Origin: an uncultured Candidatus Saccharibacteria bacterium
Lineage (GTDB): Bacteria > Patescibacteriota > Minisyncoccia > Minisyncoccales > Staskawiczbacteraceae
Direction: 5' to 3'
Assembly: GCA_964599285.1 (NCBI GenBank)
Contig: CAZREI010000002.1
Span: 9,955-73,954 of the forward strand
Length of the DNA: 64,000 nt
Shown here: positions 1-9,608 of the stretch, piece after piece
How positions within the stretch are numbered: position 1 is the first letter of the stretch
Layout: the number at the start of each line of letters is the position of its first letter
The notes under the pieces: generated by a model
What the model saw: the letters and a program-made list of their open reading frames with translations, nothing else
Told to the model about the DNA's origin: nothing
The model's database searches: none
Translations under genes and position numbers: made by a program

Positions 1-84
1 AATAGCGAATGGTGTACGAATTTACGAATGTGCGACGACGTCGTTATTCGAAAATTCGCAAGTAATTCGTTATTCGCTGATAGG
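1..84. repeat. family A hairpin repeat (cgaataacgaatta / taattcgttattcg arms)
   Basis: Other copies at 640-722 and 3437-3522. Confidence 0.8.
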
Positions 85-624
85 CTATCTTGTTTTAAGT
101 TTCCGCAACGCTTCCATCGTCGCCCGCGCGTTGTTTAATTTATTTTTTGATCCGGACAAAATTTTTGATGAAACGTTTTTAATTCCAGCTAAATCGCAAA
201 TGGTTCGGACCGCGCCGCCGGCAACCAAGCCTCGACCCTTTTTCTGGGGTTTGAGCAAAATAACCGCCGGGCCGAACTTAGCTTCTACCTGATGCGGAAT
301 GGTTTCATTGACAATGACCACGTTAATCATATTTTTTTTGGCCCGAGCCGTTGCTTTTTCAACCGCTTGGGATACGTCGCGACCCTTGTCAATTCCAATG
401 CCAATCTTGCTTTTTTTGTCGCCGGCAATGACCACTGCCCGAAAACTCATCCGCTTGCCTCCGCCGGTTACGCGCGTTACGCGGGCCAAATCCAAAAGCT
501 TGGAGTCTATACCATCATTAGCTTCCTGCCTGCGCCCGCCAAAGCCCCGTCGCAAAGGCCGAAAACCATCGTTGGTTCTTGCCACATTTTTAGCTGGAAT
601 AGGTTGTTTTGTATCGTCTGCCAT
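85..624 (-). CDS. rpsE: 30S ribosomal protein S5
   Basis: GGGKRMSFRAVVIAGD...IGIGIDKGRDVSQAVEKA...KNMINV matches uS5. First ATG (MADDTK) chosen because the ORF-track start lies inside a repeat. Confidence 0.9.
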   Translation of the reverse strand: MADDTKQPIPAKNVARTNDGFRPLRRGFGGRRQEANDGIDSKLLDLARVTRVTGGGKRMSFRAVVIAGDKKSKIGIGIDKGRDVSQAVEKATARAKKNMINVVIVNETIPHQVEAKFGPAVILLKPQKKGRGLVAGGAVRTICDLAGIKNVSSKILSGSKNKLNNARATMEALRKLKTR

Positions 625-722
625 TAATAATATCAACGAATAACGAATTACGTACGAATTTACGAATGTGCAACGACGTCGTTATTCGAAAATTCGCAAG
701 TAATTCGTTATTCGATGATGAA

Positions 723-1067
723 TTAAAACTTTAACCCGCCTTCCCTCGCCCCATCGGCCACCGCTTTTATCCTTCCATGAAAAACGTTACCTCCGCGGTC
801 AAACACAGCCTTTTCAATTTTTTTCTCAAGAGCTAATTTTGCTATCAATTTTCCAATCTCCATAGCGTGACTGGTTTTGTTTCCCTTAGATTTTAATTTC
901 AAATCGCTAGCCTGGACCAAAACCTTGGCATTATCGTCATCAATTAATTGGGCGTAAATATGCTGACTGGATCTGAAAACACAAAGCCGCGGCTTGTCTT
1001 TGGTGCCGCTGATTCTGGTTCTTATCTTGGTGTGGATTCTTTGTCGTTTTAGTTGCTTTCTTAACAT
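723..1067 (-). CDS. rplR: 50S ribosomal protein L18
   Basis: RxRxRIxGTxxRPRLxVFRSxxHIYAQLID pattern, plus position in spc operon. Confidence 0.9.
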   Translation of the reverse strand: MLRKQLKRQRIHTKIRTRISGTKDKPRLCVFRSSQHIYAQLIDDDNAKVLVQASDLKLKSKGNKTSHAMEIGKLIAKLALEKKIEKAVFDRGGNVFHGRIKAVADGAREGGLKF

Positions 1068-1074
1068 ATGTTTG

Positions 1075-1180
1075 AATCTTGAATTTTGTATCTAGTATCT
1101 TGAATTGAATGTTGAATTTAGAATTTAACGTCCGTGTTTTTATTCCAGCTTCAAGATACAAAATTCCAGATTCTATTTTT
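1075..1180. repeat. family G repeat (cttgaatcttgaat ... ccagcttcaagatacaa)
   Basis: Copies at 6215-6340 and 22570-22690. Confidence 0.8.
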
Positions 1181-1721
1181 TTGTGGCCACCACTTTCTTT
1201 CCTTCCTTCCTTCTAATCCTCTCGCCCTGATATTTAATTCCTTTGCCTTTATAGGGTTCGGCTTTTTTGGTGGCTCTTATTTGCGCGGAAATTTCACCCA
1301 CTACTTCTTTATTATTTCCAGAAACCGTAATCACGTTTTTTTCTACCAAAAAGGTAATGCCCTCTGGTTTTTTTATTTTTACGGGATTTACAAATCCCAA
1401 ATTCATCACCAGTTCATCTCCTTGCACATTAGCCTTAAAACCAACTCCTTCAATTTCTAATTTTTTTTCAAAGCCCTTGCTGACGCCTTCCACCATATTA
1501 AAAATCAATGCTCGATACAATCCCCAAAGTCCGCGCGCGCTTTTTATTAAATTCCGTTTTGGCGTAACAAAAATCTTGCCATCCTTGTTTTCAACCTGAA
1601 TGTCTTGATGGACGGTCATGTTCAATTCCCCTTTTGGTCCGGTTACTTTTACATCCTGACCGGTAATTTCAACTTTAACAGCTGAAGGAATTTCAATTAA
1701 TTTTTTACCAATTCGGCTCAT
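1173..1721 (-). CDS. rplF: 50S ribosomal protein L6
   Basis: MSRIGKKLIEIPSAVKV...; two-domain L6 pattern; operon order. Confidence 0.9.
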   Translation of the reverse strand: MSRIGKKLIEIPSAVKVEITGQDVKVTGPKGELNMTVHQDIQVENKDGKIFVTPKRNLIKSARGLWGLYRALIFNMVEGVSKGFEKKLEIEGVGFKANVQGDELVMNLGFVNPVKIKKPEGITFLVEKNVITVSGNNKEVVGEISAQIRATKKAEPYKGKGIKYQGERIRRKEGKKVVATKK

Positions 1722-1833
1722 GTTTTTGATTTATGATTTAAGATTTACGATTTATGAATTTGACTTTACGAATTCGTTATTATAGTATATTTATAGCCCT
1801 TTGGCAAGCCACTACACCTATTTCGAGGAATCC

Positions 1834-2040
1834 ATGAAGTGCGAAATCCAAAATCTTGATGATGGACTTATTGTGCTATACCCAGAAGATGACAAGGATC
1901 AGATTTTTCTGCAGAAATTAGCATCAACGGACCAGCTCGTAGGAATCTGGTGTCCAAATCATCCGGAAATTGAAAGAGCTGTAGCTCGCCTGGAATCTGT
2001 AAACCAAACTGCAGTTCTTCGATTTCCTTTCGCCGGCTAA
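1834..2040 (+). CDS. small hypothetical protein (68 aa), opposite strand inside spc operon
   Basis: ATG preceded by GAGGA SD. Upstream TTGACT-17-TAGTAT promoter (1752-1781); downstream hairpin plus T-run. Confidence 0.4.
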   Translation: MKCEIQNLDDGLIVLYPEDDKDQIFLQKLASTDQLVGIWCPNHPEIERAVARLESVNQTAVLRFPFAG

Positions 2041-2046
2041 TAGTCA

Positions 2047-2091
2047 GGCGCTCCATCCCTTTAGCAAGGTAGGATAGAGCGCTCTTTTTTT
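2047..2091 (+). terminator. intrinsic terminator after 1834-2040 ORF
   Basis: gcgctccatcc...ggatagagcgc stem followed by T7. Confidence 0.5.
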
Positions 2092-2092
2092 A

Positions 2093-2482
2093 CTACCATA
2101 TCTCGAGCATTACTTCCCCTCCCAGTTTTGCTTTCCTTGCCTGATTGTTGGTCATCAAACCTTTGGGCGTGGAAATGATGGAAATGCCAAATCCTCCTCT
2201 TACTTTTTTTATTTCTGCGTTTTTTACGTAAATCCTTTGACCTGGTTTTGACACCCTTTTTGCGCCTTCAATAGCCGGAATTCCATTATCATATTTTAAA
2301 ACAATCTTCATTACCTTATTTTTATCTTTGGCAACTTTTTTTACATCGGCCACAAATCCTTCTTGCGCCAAAATCATTCCAATCTGGTTTTTCAATTTTG
2401 AAAAAGGAATCAAAACCTCCGGCTTTCCCAAAGCCTTGGCGTTTCTAATTTGATTTAACATGTCGGTGATTGGATCAGTCAT
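2093..2482 (-). CDS. rpsH: 30S ribosomal protein S8
   Basis: MTDPITDMLNQIRNA...GGEVMLEIW typical uS8. Confidence 0.9.
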   Translation of the reverse strand: MTDPITDMLNQIRNAKALGKPEVLIPFSKLKNQIGMILAQEGFVADVKKVAKDKNKVMKIVLKYDNGIPAIEGAKRVSKPGQRIYVKNAEIKKVRGGFGISIISTPKGLMTNNQARKAKLGGEVMLEIW

Positions 2483-2486
2483 AGTT

Positions 2487-2580
2487 TAACATTTGACAAT
2501 TGACATGTGACATTTGACTTGCGAATTTGTAGCAACGTTGTCAATTGTCAATGGTCAAATGTCAATTGTTGCTGTTACCA
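2487..2580. repeat. family E repeat (tgacaattgacatttgac words)
   Basis: Copies at 6758-6840 and 20745-20830. Confidence 0.8.
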
Positions 2581-2760
2581 GCTTGATTTTGTTACTCCTG
2601 GAATTTCTCCTTTGTTGGCCAGTTCCCTAAAACATATCCGGCAAAGTCCGAACTTTCTCATAAAACCATGCCTTCGACCGCACTTAAAACAGCGTCTTTG
2701 CAGGCGGCTAGAAAACTTGGGTTTCATTTTTGCTTTTGCTTCTTGTGAAACTTTTGCCAT
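2575..2760 (-). CDS. rpsZ: 30S ribosomal protein S14 type Z (zinc-binding)
   Basis: 61 aa; [20 protein letters not shown] motif. Confidence 0.9.
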   Translation of the reverse strand: MAKVSQEAKAKMKPKFSSRLQRRCFKCGRRHGFMRKFGLCRICFRELANKGEIPGVTKSSW

Positions 2761-2761
2761 G

Positions 2762-2870
2762 TTTTAAGTATCAGCGATTTTTCAGCGTATTGTTCGGCGT
2801 GATTTCAGCGGACTAACACTATCGCTGAACTTAACGCTGATATCAACGCTGAATCTACGCGGAACATCGA
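2762..2870. repeat. family F repeat (aacgctgatatcaacgctgaat words)
   Basis: Copy at 9425-9480. Confidence 0.7.
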
Positions 2871-3431
2871 TTATTTTTCTCTGATTGGGAAGCCCATTAA
2901 TTTAAATAACTCAAGGCCTTCTTCCCTGCTTTTTGCGTTGGTAGAAACCGTTACCTCCAAACCAAAAATGGTTTTTTCTTTTTCAACCAGAATTTCCGGG
3001 AAAGAAATGTGCTCGCGAAATCCGATATTCAAATTTCCCCGCTTGTCTATTCCATGAGCATCCAAACCTTTAAAGTCGCGCGATCGGGGCAGTGACAAAT
3101 AAATAAACCGTTCCAAAAAATCCCACATTTTGCCTTTTCGCAGCGTCACCATGGCCGCGATATGCAAGCCCTCCCGCAAACTAAACCCTGCAATAGATTT
3201 TTTTGAAGCAACCAGCCGTGGTGCCTGTCCTGCGATTAAAGCCAAATCATGGCTTATGGCATTGTTGATTTTTTCGCGCTCGCCAGAAGTTTTACTGACC
3301 ACCTGCTTGCCAAAAGAACTGTTGATGGTAACTTTGGTAATGCGCGGCACGGCCATGCTATTTTTGTAACCAAACTTAGCCATCATAGCTGGAATTACCT
3401 GTTTTTGATATTTTTGCTGTAACTTCTCCAT
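2871..3431 (-). CDS. rplE: 50S ribosomal protein L5
   Basis: uL5 pattern; start moved to internal MEKLQQKYQ (ATG at 3431) because the upstream ORF-track part is repeat-derived. Confidence 0.85.
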   Translation of the reverse strand: MEKLQQKYQKQVIPAMMAKFGYKNSMAVPRITKVTINSSFGKQVVSKTSGEREKINNAISHDLALIAGQAPRLVASKKSIAGFSLREGLHIAAMVTLRKGKMWDFLERFIYLSLPRSRDFKGLDAHGIDKRGNLNIGFREHISFPEILVEKEKTIFGLEVTVSTNAKSREEGLELFKLMGFPIREK

Positions 3432-3524
3432 AACATTATCATCGAATAACGAATTACTTTCGAATTTGCGAATCGTGTCGGACGTTATTCGTAAATTCGT
3501 ACACAATTCGTTATTCGTTGATAT

Positions 3525-3830
3525 CTAAACTTCTGATTTACACTTTTTGCAAATTCTAAATTTCCTGTCGCCATCAATCTTGTACCCTATTCTGGTTGCC
3601 TTGCCACATTTGGGACAAATCAGTTTCACATTAGAAGCATCCAAGGGAGCCTGTACCGGCACCACTTGTCCTTTTTCTCCCTCTTTTTTTGGCTTGATGT
3701 GTTTCTTTTTTAAATTCATTCCTTCAACCAACACTTTCCGCTCTTTTACCAAGGACTTTAAAATCTTGGCAGTCCTGCCTTTATCTTTTCCGGAAATGAC
3801 TAATACATTGTCGCCTTTCTTCAACTTCAT
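3525..3830 (-). CDS. rplX: 50S ribosomal protein L24 with C-terminal zinc-ribbon extension
   Basis: KOW motif MKLKKGDNVLVISGKDKG; C-terminal CPKCG...CKKC. Confidence 0.85.
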   Translation of the reverse strand: MKLKKGDNVLVISGKDKGRTAKILKSLVKERKVLVEGMNLKKKHIKPKKEGEKGQVVPVQAPLDASNVKLICPKCGKATRIGYKIDGDRKFRICKKCKSEV

Positions 3831-3833
3831 GAT

Positions 3834-3917
3834 TTCGCTACGAAATACGAATCAAGTACGAATATACCAATAAGATTTAATTCGTATATTCGTAAAAAAT
3901 TCGTATTTCGTAGCCCA
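3834..3917. repeat. family C hairpin repeat (gctacgaaatacgaat ... attcgtatttcgtagc)
   Basis: Copies at 4316-4400, 36007-36090, 36325-36410. Confidence 0.85.
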
Positions 3918-3942
3918 ATTTACTTTTACCTTTATGGCTGCA

Positions 3943-4311
3943 TTACAATAATTCTGTGGCCATCATGGCTATCTTATCAAACCCCTTGTCTTTTACTTCT
4001 TTGGCCGCGGGACCGAACACTCTTCCTCCTTTGGGCAATTTGCCTTCTCCTAAAATTACTACCGCGTTATCATCAAATCGTATGTAAGAACCATCTTGCC
4101 GTTTAAATTCCTTTTTCTGCCGGATGATGACTGCCTTGACCACATCGTGCTTTTTTACCAACTTGCGCGGATCGGCCTTTTTAACGGTTCCCACAATCAC
4201 TTCTCCCAGCTGGGCATAATGCTTTCGGGTTCCGCCCGGAAGGTTAATACACTGCAGGATTTTTGCTCCCGAGTTGTCTGCGACAATTAACATAGACCTT
4301 GGCTGAATCAT
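3943..4311 (-). CDS. rplN: 50S ribosomal protein L14
   Basis: MIQPRSMLIVADNSGAK... canonical uL14. Confidence 0.95.
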   Translation of the reverse strand: MIQPRSMLIVADNSGAKILQCINLPGGTRKHYAQLGEVIVGTVKKADPRKLVKKHDVVKAVIIRQKKEFKRQDGSYIRFDDNAVVILGEGKLPKGGRVFGPAAKEVKDKGFDKIAMMATELL

Positions 4312-4405
4312 AATATTGCTACGAAATACGAATCAATTACGAATATACGAACATAGGCGTCTGATTTGGTATATTCGTAAAAAATTCGTATTTCGTAGCC
4401 AGAAA

Positions 4406-4639
4406 TTAAATCTTACTTATTACGGTAAATTTCTTGTCCCTTGAGATTGGGTTGGTTTCTTCAATGACAACTTTATCGCCAACATGGTATTGCTGGCTTT
4501 CATCGTGGGCTTTGTATTTTTTGTGGACTTTGTATCTTCGTTTGTACTTGGGATGCTCTTTGACTCGTTCCACTTCAACCACCACGGTTTTTTGCATCTT
4601 GTCGGAAACCACAATTCCCGTTAATTTCTTTTTGCTCAT
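4406..4639 (-). CDS. rpsQ: 30S ribosomal protein S17
   Basis: GIVVSDKMQKTVVVEVER pattern. Confidence 0.9.
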   Translation of the reverse strand: MSKKKLTGIVVSDKMQKTVVVEVERVKEHPKYKRRYKVHKKYKAHDESQQYHVGDKVVIEETNPISRDKKFTVISKI

Positions 4640-4721
4640 AGTTTTCAGTTTAATATCCGCAATATCCGTAATATCCGATATCTGATATTATTGATATTTG
4701 CTTTGCGATATTGGTTGATAG

Positions 4722-4910
4722 TTATCGTGTTATTTCTTTTATGATCGTCAAAATGGTAGCGATTTCTTTTTTAGTATTATGAATCTCTTTGACGTTCTTT
4801 AACTGGTTGGCGGAAAATTTAAACCGTAAATCACTTAGCTTTTTGGTAAGCTCATGGGCATTTTTTTGCAATTCGCCAATATCTTTTTTTCTTAGTTCTT
4901 GCGTTTTCAT
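4722..4910 (-). CDS. rpmC: 50S ribosomal protein L29
   Basis: MKTQELRKKDIGELQK... uL29 helical pattern; operon position. Confidence 0.85.
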   Translation of the reverse strand: MKTQELRKKDIGELQKNAHELTKKLSDLRFKFSANQLKNVKEIHNTKKEIATILTIIKEITR

Positions 4911-4911
4911 A

Positions 4912-5015
4912 ATAATGGCAATGCAAATCTACAAATCTTATGCTAATCTACAAAATTGCTAATGTGATATTCGCATATTCGCGGCATTCGCATAAGATTC
5001 GCAGATTTGCATTAC
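4912..5015. repeat. family H repeat (gcaatgcaaatctacaaat ... atttgtagatttgcattgcc)
   Basis: Copy at 34862-34975. Confidence 0.8.
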
Positions 5016-5428
5016 CCTTCTCTCTTAATGAATTTGGTCTTGATAGGCAGTTTGATGCCGGCGCCTTTGAACGCTTCGCGCGCCACCTCTTCTTTCAATC
5101 CGTCAATTTCAAAAATAATCCTTCCTGGTTTTATGGGATACACATAGTGATGCACGCCTCCCTTGCCACCACCCAACGGCACTTCTTCTCCCTTTGAAGT
5201 AACTGGTTTGTCCGGAAAAATTCTCACCCATAGTTTTCCGCCCTTTTTCATGTATCGGATAATGTGCCTTCGCGCCGCTTCCAACTGGCGAGCGGTAATC
5301 CACTTGGTGCCCATGGCTTTTAACCCAAAACTGCCGAAATTCAATTCCGTAGCGCGCGTCTCCACTCCTCGGCTGACACCTCGGTGCCACTTGCGGTGCT
5401 TTACTTTTTTGGGCATTAATAAACTCAT
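5012..5428 (-). CDS. rplP: 50S ribosomal protein L16
   Basis: MPKKVKHRKWHRG...; uL16. Confidence 0.9.
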   Translation of the reverse strand: MSLLMPKKVKHRKWHRGVSRGVETRATELNFGSFGLKAMGTKWITARQLEAARRHIIRYMKKGGKLWVRIFPDKPVTSKGEEVPLGGGKGGVHHYVYPIKPGRIIFEIDGLKEEVAREAFKGAGIKLPIKTKFIKREG

Positions 5429-5429
5429 A

Positions 5430-5540
5430 TTCTTTGATATATATTCGCCTCTGGCGAATGATACTTAGAGATATTTGCGCGCCTTGCGCGCGATATTTTT
5501 CTAGTATCTATTAATATCCGTAATATCCATTAATATCTAT
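5430..5540. repeat. family D repeat (gatatttgcgcgccttgcgcgcgatattt...atatccgtaatatc)
   Basis: Near-identical copy at 17910-18020; partial at 4655-4700. Confidence 0.8.
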
Positions 5541-6214
5541 TTATCAAAACGCTCTCCCTTATAAATCCAAACCTTAATTCCAATGACACCGTACGTGCAG
5601 TGCGCTTCCACCTGGGCGTAATCAATATCAGCTCTGATGGTCTGGCGCGGAAGCCTCCCCTGTTTTAACCATTCTTTGCGGGCAATTTCCACGCCATTTA
5701 ACCTGCCCGACACTTCCATGCGCACGCCTTTGACTTCTTTATTTTGCATCACCCGTTCCAATCCCATTTTCAAAACCTGCCGAAAAGGAATCCTTTTTTC
5801 AATCTGCTGAGCCGCCCATTGTCCGACCAGTTCGGCCACAATCCAAGGGTTTTTCATTTCCTTAATGTCAATTTTGATTTCCCGTTTTTCATGTCCTGCC
5901 CCTGCTTTTCCGGTCGCGAATACCTTGTCATGCAGTTTTTTGACAATCATGTTTTTTAAGGTTTCCGTCCCCTGTCCGCCTCTGCCAATGATAATTCCCG
6001 GCCGCGCTGATTCAATAATAATGTTCAGCTTATTGGCCGAATGCTCTATTTCTATGTTGGCAACCGAAGCTTCTTTTAAGATGTCACGCAGAAAATCTTT
6101 GATCAAAAAATCTTCCTCTAAATACTGGGGCATTTGCTTGCCATAAAAACCGCGGACGTTCCAGTCTTCCAGCCCTTTGATTCTAAATGATTTTGGATGT
6201 ACTTTGTGACCCAC
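5537..6214 (-). CDS. rpsC: 30S ribosomal protein S3
   Basis: GHKVHPKSFRIKG (uS3 N-terminal KH motif). Start proposed at GTG 6214; ORF-track N-terminus MRGIPNSLFRSRYKIRDSRFKN is translation of a repeat. Confidence 0.85.
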   Translation of the reverse strand: MGHKVHPKSFRIKGLEDWNVRGFYGKQMPQYLEEDFLIKDFLRDILKEASVANIEIEHSANKLNIIIESARPGIIIGRGGQGTETLKNMIVKKLHDKVFATGKAGAGHEKREIKIDIKEMKNPWIVAELVGQWAAQQIEKRIPFRQVLKMGLERVMQNKEVKGVRMEVSGRLNGVEIARKEWLKQGRLPRQTIRADIDYAQVEAHCTYGVIGIKVWIYKGERFDK

Positions 6215-6327
6215 GTTTTTGAATCTTGAATCTCGTATCTTGTATCTTGAACGGAATAATGAATTTGGAATACCGCGCATTCACTATTCCGTATTCGATT
6301 CCAGCTTCTAGATACAAGATTCTAGAT

Positions 6328-6756
6328 TCACGTTATTTTTTGATACTCTTTTTTCCTTACTTTTACTTCCTTTTTAATTTCCGGTTTCATTGCTTTTTTA
6401 ACTTTCCCTGCTGGCTTTTCCGCTTTACCATCAGTTAATATTAGGGTAATATGGGAAGTTCTTTTCATAATCGGGTATGCTCTGCCCCGCGACATCGGGT
6501 GGGACCTCTTTAATTTTGGCCCTTCGTCAACAAACACTTGGGAAATTTTAAGGTTGCTTTCTTCCAAATGCAAATCATGCACCGCCGATGCCACCGCGCT
6601 GTTTAACAGCCTTAGTACGGGAAGTGCGCCTCGCTTTACGGTAAATTCCAAAAGGGCGCGGGCTTGAGCCACGTCTTTGTTGCGAATCAAATCAACCACT
6701 TCTTTTGACTTTCGTGGCGCTGTCCGTAAATTTCGTAATACTACTTTAACCTCCAT
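6328..6756 (-). CDS. rplV: 50S ribosomal protein L22
   Basis: MEVKVVLRNLRTAPRKSKEVVDLIRNKDV... uL22; internal ATG chosen, upstream part lies in repeat. Confidence 0.85.
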   Translation of the reverse strand: MEVKVVLRNLRTAPRKSKEVVDLIRNKDVAQARALLEFTVKRGALPVLRLLNSAVASAVHDLHLEESNLKISQVFVDEGPKLKRSHPMSRGRAYPIMKRTSHITLILTDGKAEKPAGKVKKAMKPEIKKEVKVRKKEYQKIT

Positions 6757-6836
6757 TGCTACATTTAACATGTGACAATTGACATTTGACCGCCGGTTCG
6801 TTTTTTGGTCAATTGTCAAATGTCAATGGTCAATTG

Positions 6837-7172
6837 TTACTTCTCTGGTTTTTTGACGTCCACTGCTACTTTTGCCGCCTGCGACGCTTCAGCCTGCTGT
6901 TCTATTCCTTTTTGCATCTTGCCGCCGTGTCTTGAAAATTTGGTTGACGCGGAAAATTCCCCTAGCTTGTGCCCTACCATATCTTCAGAAACATACACCG
7001 GCACAAACTCCTTGCCATTGTGGACTCCAAAAGTAACCCCAACCATTTCCGGTGAAATCGTGGAAGAACGCGCCCAGGTTTTTATGATAGTCTTTTCGTC
7101 TTTGCGCAGCCTCAACACTTTTTCCAGCAATCGCTGATCTACGAAAGGACCTTTTCTTAAGCTTCTCGACAT
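6837..7172 (-). CDS. rpsS: 30S ribosomal protein S19 with C-terminal extension
   Basis: [12 protein letters not shown]...GHKLGEF; extra about 25 aa tail. Confidence 0.9.
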   Translation of the reverse strand: MSRSLRKGPFVDQRLLEKVLRLRKDEKTIIKTWARSSTISPEMVGVTFGVHNGKEFVPVYVSEDMVGHKLGEFSASTKFSRHGGKMQKGIEQQAEASQAAKVAVDVKKPEK

Positions 7173-7179
7173 AATTTTT

Positions 7180-7307
7180 GGAGTAATCACGAATATACAA
7201 ATACGTTCAAATATACAAATGTTACAAATATACGAATACGAGCGACGTGATTTGTATATTAGTAAAATTTGTATATTATTTTAGATTTGTATATTCGTGA
7301 TTACTCC
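7180..7307. repeat. family B hairpin element (ggagtaatcacgaatatacaaat ... atttgtatattcgtgattactcc)
   Basis: Perfect about 23-bp terminal inverted repeats. Other copies at 8150-8289, 10696-10809, 18432-18582, 25112-25314, 27386-27501, 49287-49461. Confidence 0.9.
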
Positions 7308-7312
7308 TTATC

Positions 7313-8143
7313 TTATTTTTTCTTACGCCTTTGTATGATGAATTTGTTGGTCCACTTTTTTCGGTTTCTGGTTTTCACTCCTAATGCCGGTAATCCCCAC
7401 GGAGTTTTTGGATGCTTCAATCCAATGGGTTGGCGACCTTCGCCTCCTCCATGCGGATGGTCAACCGGATTCATGGCTGATCCACGCACATGCGGCCGTC
7501 TTCCTTTCAATCGTGACTTACCGGCTTTTCCAACCGTGTAAAATCGATTTTCCGGATTAGACACCATGCCCACCGAAGCAAAACATTCTCCACTGACTTT
7601 GCGAACTTCGGTTGAAGGCATTTTCAAATTAGTGTAGCCGTGTTCTTGCGCCAATACCTGGGCCGCCGATCCTGCCGATCTTACCAAAATGCCGCCTTTA
7701 CCCGGTTCCAATTCAATGTTGTACACGTTCGTTCCCACCGGAATATTTTTTAACTTCATTCGATTACCCGGAGTTTGCGGCGCGTTTTCTGAAAATACTA
7801 TACTATCGCCCACTTTCAACCCTTGCGGCGCAATAATGTATTGCCTTACTTTATCCGAATATTCAATTAATGCAATAAAGCCGGTTCGGTTTGGGTCATA
7901 TTCCAAAGCAATCACATTTGCGGGCGCGTCCATTTTGGTTTGACTAAACTCAATAATCCGATACAGTTTTTTTACGCCGCCGCCTTTGTGTCGCACCGTA
8001 ATTCTGCCCGAAGCCTTTGATCTGCCAACCGAGCGCCTGACGTATTTTAAAAGCGATTTTTCCGCCCGTTTTTTTGTAAGCAAAGAAAAATCAATTCCGG
8101 TCATGCCCCGTCTGGATGGAGTTGTAGGTTTGTAAATCTTCAT
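7313..8143 (-). CDS. rplB: 50S ribosomal protein L2
   Basis: MKIYKPTTPSRRGMTG...GGEGRQPIG; start 8143 (upstream MRVFVYSCIRDYSKI is repeat-derived). Confidence 0.9.
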   Translation of the reverse strand: MKIYKPTTPSRRGMTGIDFSLLTKKRAEKSLLKYVRRSVGRSKASGRITVRHKGGGVKKLYRIIEFSQTKMDAPANVIALEYDPNRTGFIALIEYSDKVRQYIIAPQGLKVGDSIVFSENAPQTPGNRMKLKNIPVGTNVYNIELEPGKGGILVRSAGSAAQVLAQEHGYTNLKMPSTEVRKVSGECFASVGMVSNPENRFYTVGKAGKSRLKGRRPHVRGSAMNPVDHPHGGGEGRQPIGLKHPKTPWGLPALGVKTRNRKKWTNKFIIQRRKKK

Positions 8144-8288
8144 AATTTTGGAGTAATCACGAATACACGAATATACGAATACTCTCAAATATACAAATCT
8201 TACAAATATACGAATGTGCGCGAATGTCGTAATTTGTATATTGGTAAAATTTGTATATTATTTTAGATTTGTATATTCGTGATTACTC

Positions 8289-8723
8289 CTATATGATCTC
8301 TATTTTTTGCCCTTCCTTGACTGTAACTACGGCTTTGGTAAATCCCTTTCTAAACCCTTCAGTTTTTCCCAGCCTTCTTTTTTTGTGCGGAATTGTTATT
8401 ATGTTGACGCCCAGCACGTCTACTCCGTAAATTCCTTCCACTGATTTTTTTATTTCTAATTTATTGGAGTTGCGGTAAACCTTAAATGTATATTTATTCT
8501 TTTCTGCCAAATTGGTTGCCTTTTCAGAAATATGCGGTTCTTTAATTACACTATAAGAAAACCCCTTTGCTTTCTTTGGTCCTGTGGTCCGAACCACGGG
8601 ACTGGGTTTTTGCGGTTCGGGTTTTGCTGATTTTGTAGTCAAAACTTTTTCCGATTTTTTATCAGCTGGTTTTTTCGCCTTTTCTACTTCCTTTTTTCTT
8701 TTTAAAAAATCAAATAAACTCAT
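8289..8723 (-). CDS. rplW: 50S ribosomal protein L23 with Lys/Pro-rich N-terminal extension
   Basis: C-terminal ISEKATNLAEKNKYTFKV uL23 core; start uncertain. Confidence 0.75.
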   Translation of the reverse strand: MSLFDFLKRKKEVEKAKKPADKKSEKVLTTKSAKPEPQKPSPVVRTTGPKKAKGFSYSVIKEPHISEKATNLAEKNKYTFKVYRNSNKLEIKKSVEGIYGVDVLGVNIITIPHKKRRLGKTEGFRKGFTKAVVTVKEGQKIEII

Positions 8724-8787
8724 GGAACATGGAACATGGAACATGGAACAAAACTACGACGTCTTGTTATGTGTTCCATGTTATGTG

Positions 8788-9426
8788 TTATGTCTTTTTC
8801 GAAGAAAAAGTCGCCTCTATATCCTTAATTCCCTCTTTGCTTACTACCACATATTTGTAATTGAGCAAATCCACGACGTTCAAATTCCGAGCTTCCGACA
8901 CTCCGGTTCTTGCGATGTTTCGCGAAACCAAGAATGTTTTCTTATCTTCATTCGCCCAAACAACTAATCTGCTATGAGCCTTTACCGGCAAATGTTTTAT
9001 CATAGTTGCCATTTCCTTTGTTTTCGAGGTTTTTGTTGCCAACTCATCTACAACCACCAATAAATTCTTTTTTGCTTTTTCTGAAAGCACCATAAACAAA
9101 GCCTTTCTTCTCATTTTAGTAGGCACAGCTTTTGCGTAATTTTTATCGTTTCTTGGACCCCCGGAAACTCCGCCACCTTTCCAAATAGGAGATCGGGTAG
9201 ATCCGTGCCGCGCGCGCCCCGTTCCTTTCTGTCTCCAAGGTTTTCGTCCACCACCGCGCACTTCTCCCCGGGTTTGAGTATGGGCCGAAACTTGTCGCTT
9301 ATTGGCAGTCTGGGAAATTAAAACTTGGTGCACCAAATCCGCGTTCATGGGAACCTCGAAGATGTCTTTGGGTAAGGTTATGCTTCCGTCCTCTGCGCCC
9401 TTTTGATTGTAGACTGGGTATTTCAT
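8788..9426 (-). CDS. rplD: 50S ribosomal protein L4
   Basis: RGGGRKPWRQKGTGRAR motif. Confidence 0.9.
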   Translation of the reverse strand: MKYPVYNQKGAEDGSITLPKDIFEVPMNADLVHQVLISQTANKRQVSAHTQTRGEVRGGGRKPWRQKGTGRARHGSTRSPIWKGGGVSGGPRNDKNYAKAVPTKMRRKALFMVLSEKAKKNLLVVVDELATKTSKTKEMATMIKHLPVKAHSRLVVWANEDKKTFLVSRNIARTGVSEARNLNVVDLLNYKYVVVSKEGIKDIEATFSSKKT

Positions 9427-9608
9427 GGTACTACGCTGAAGTAACGCTGATATCAACGCTGAATTTACGCTGATACTTTGTCCTCCCTCGCGCGCAATTT
9501 CTTGCGAAATTCCGCGCGACGATTGACAAATAGAGTTTATTATTATATACTATCCTTGTTGTTCTTTCAAGTCGCTCAATCCTCTTTTTCTCCTGAAAGG
9601 AGATCGTC

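Noticed and set aside
6985-7200. ORF-track proteins starting MYIRDYSK / MRVFVYSCIRDYSK (also 10057, 18015, 7313 extensions)
   Set aside because: The shared N-terminal peptide is the translation of the family B repeat arm. True starts are the internal Met matching ribosomal-protein N-termini.
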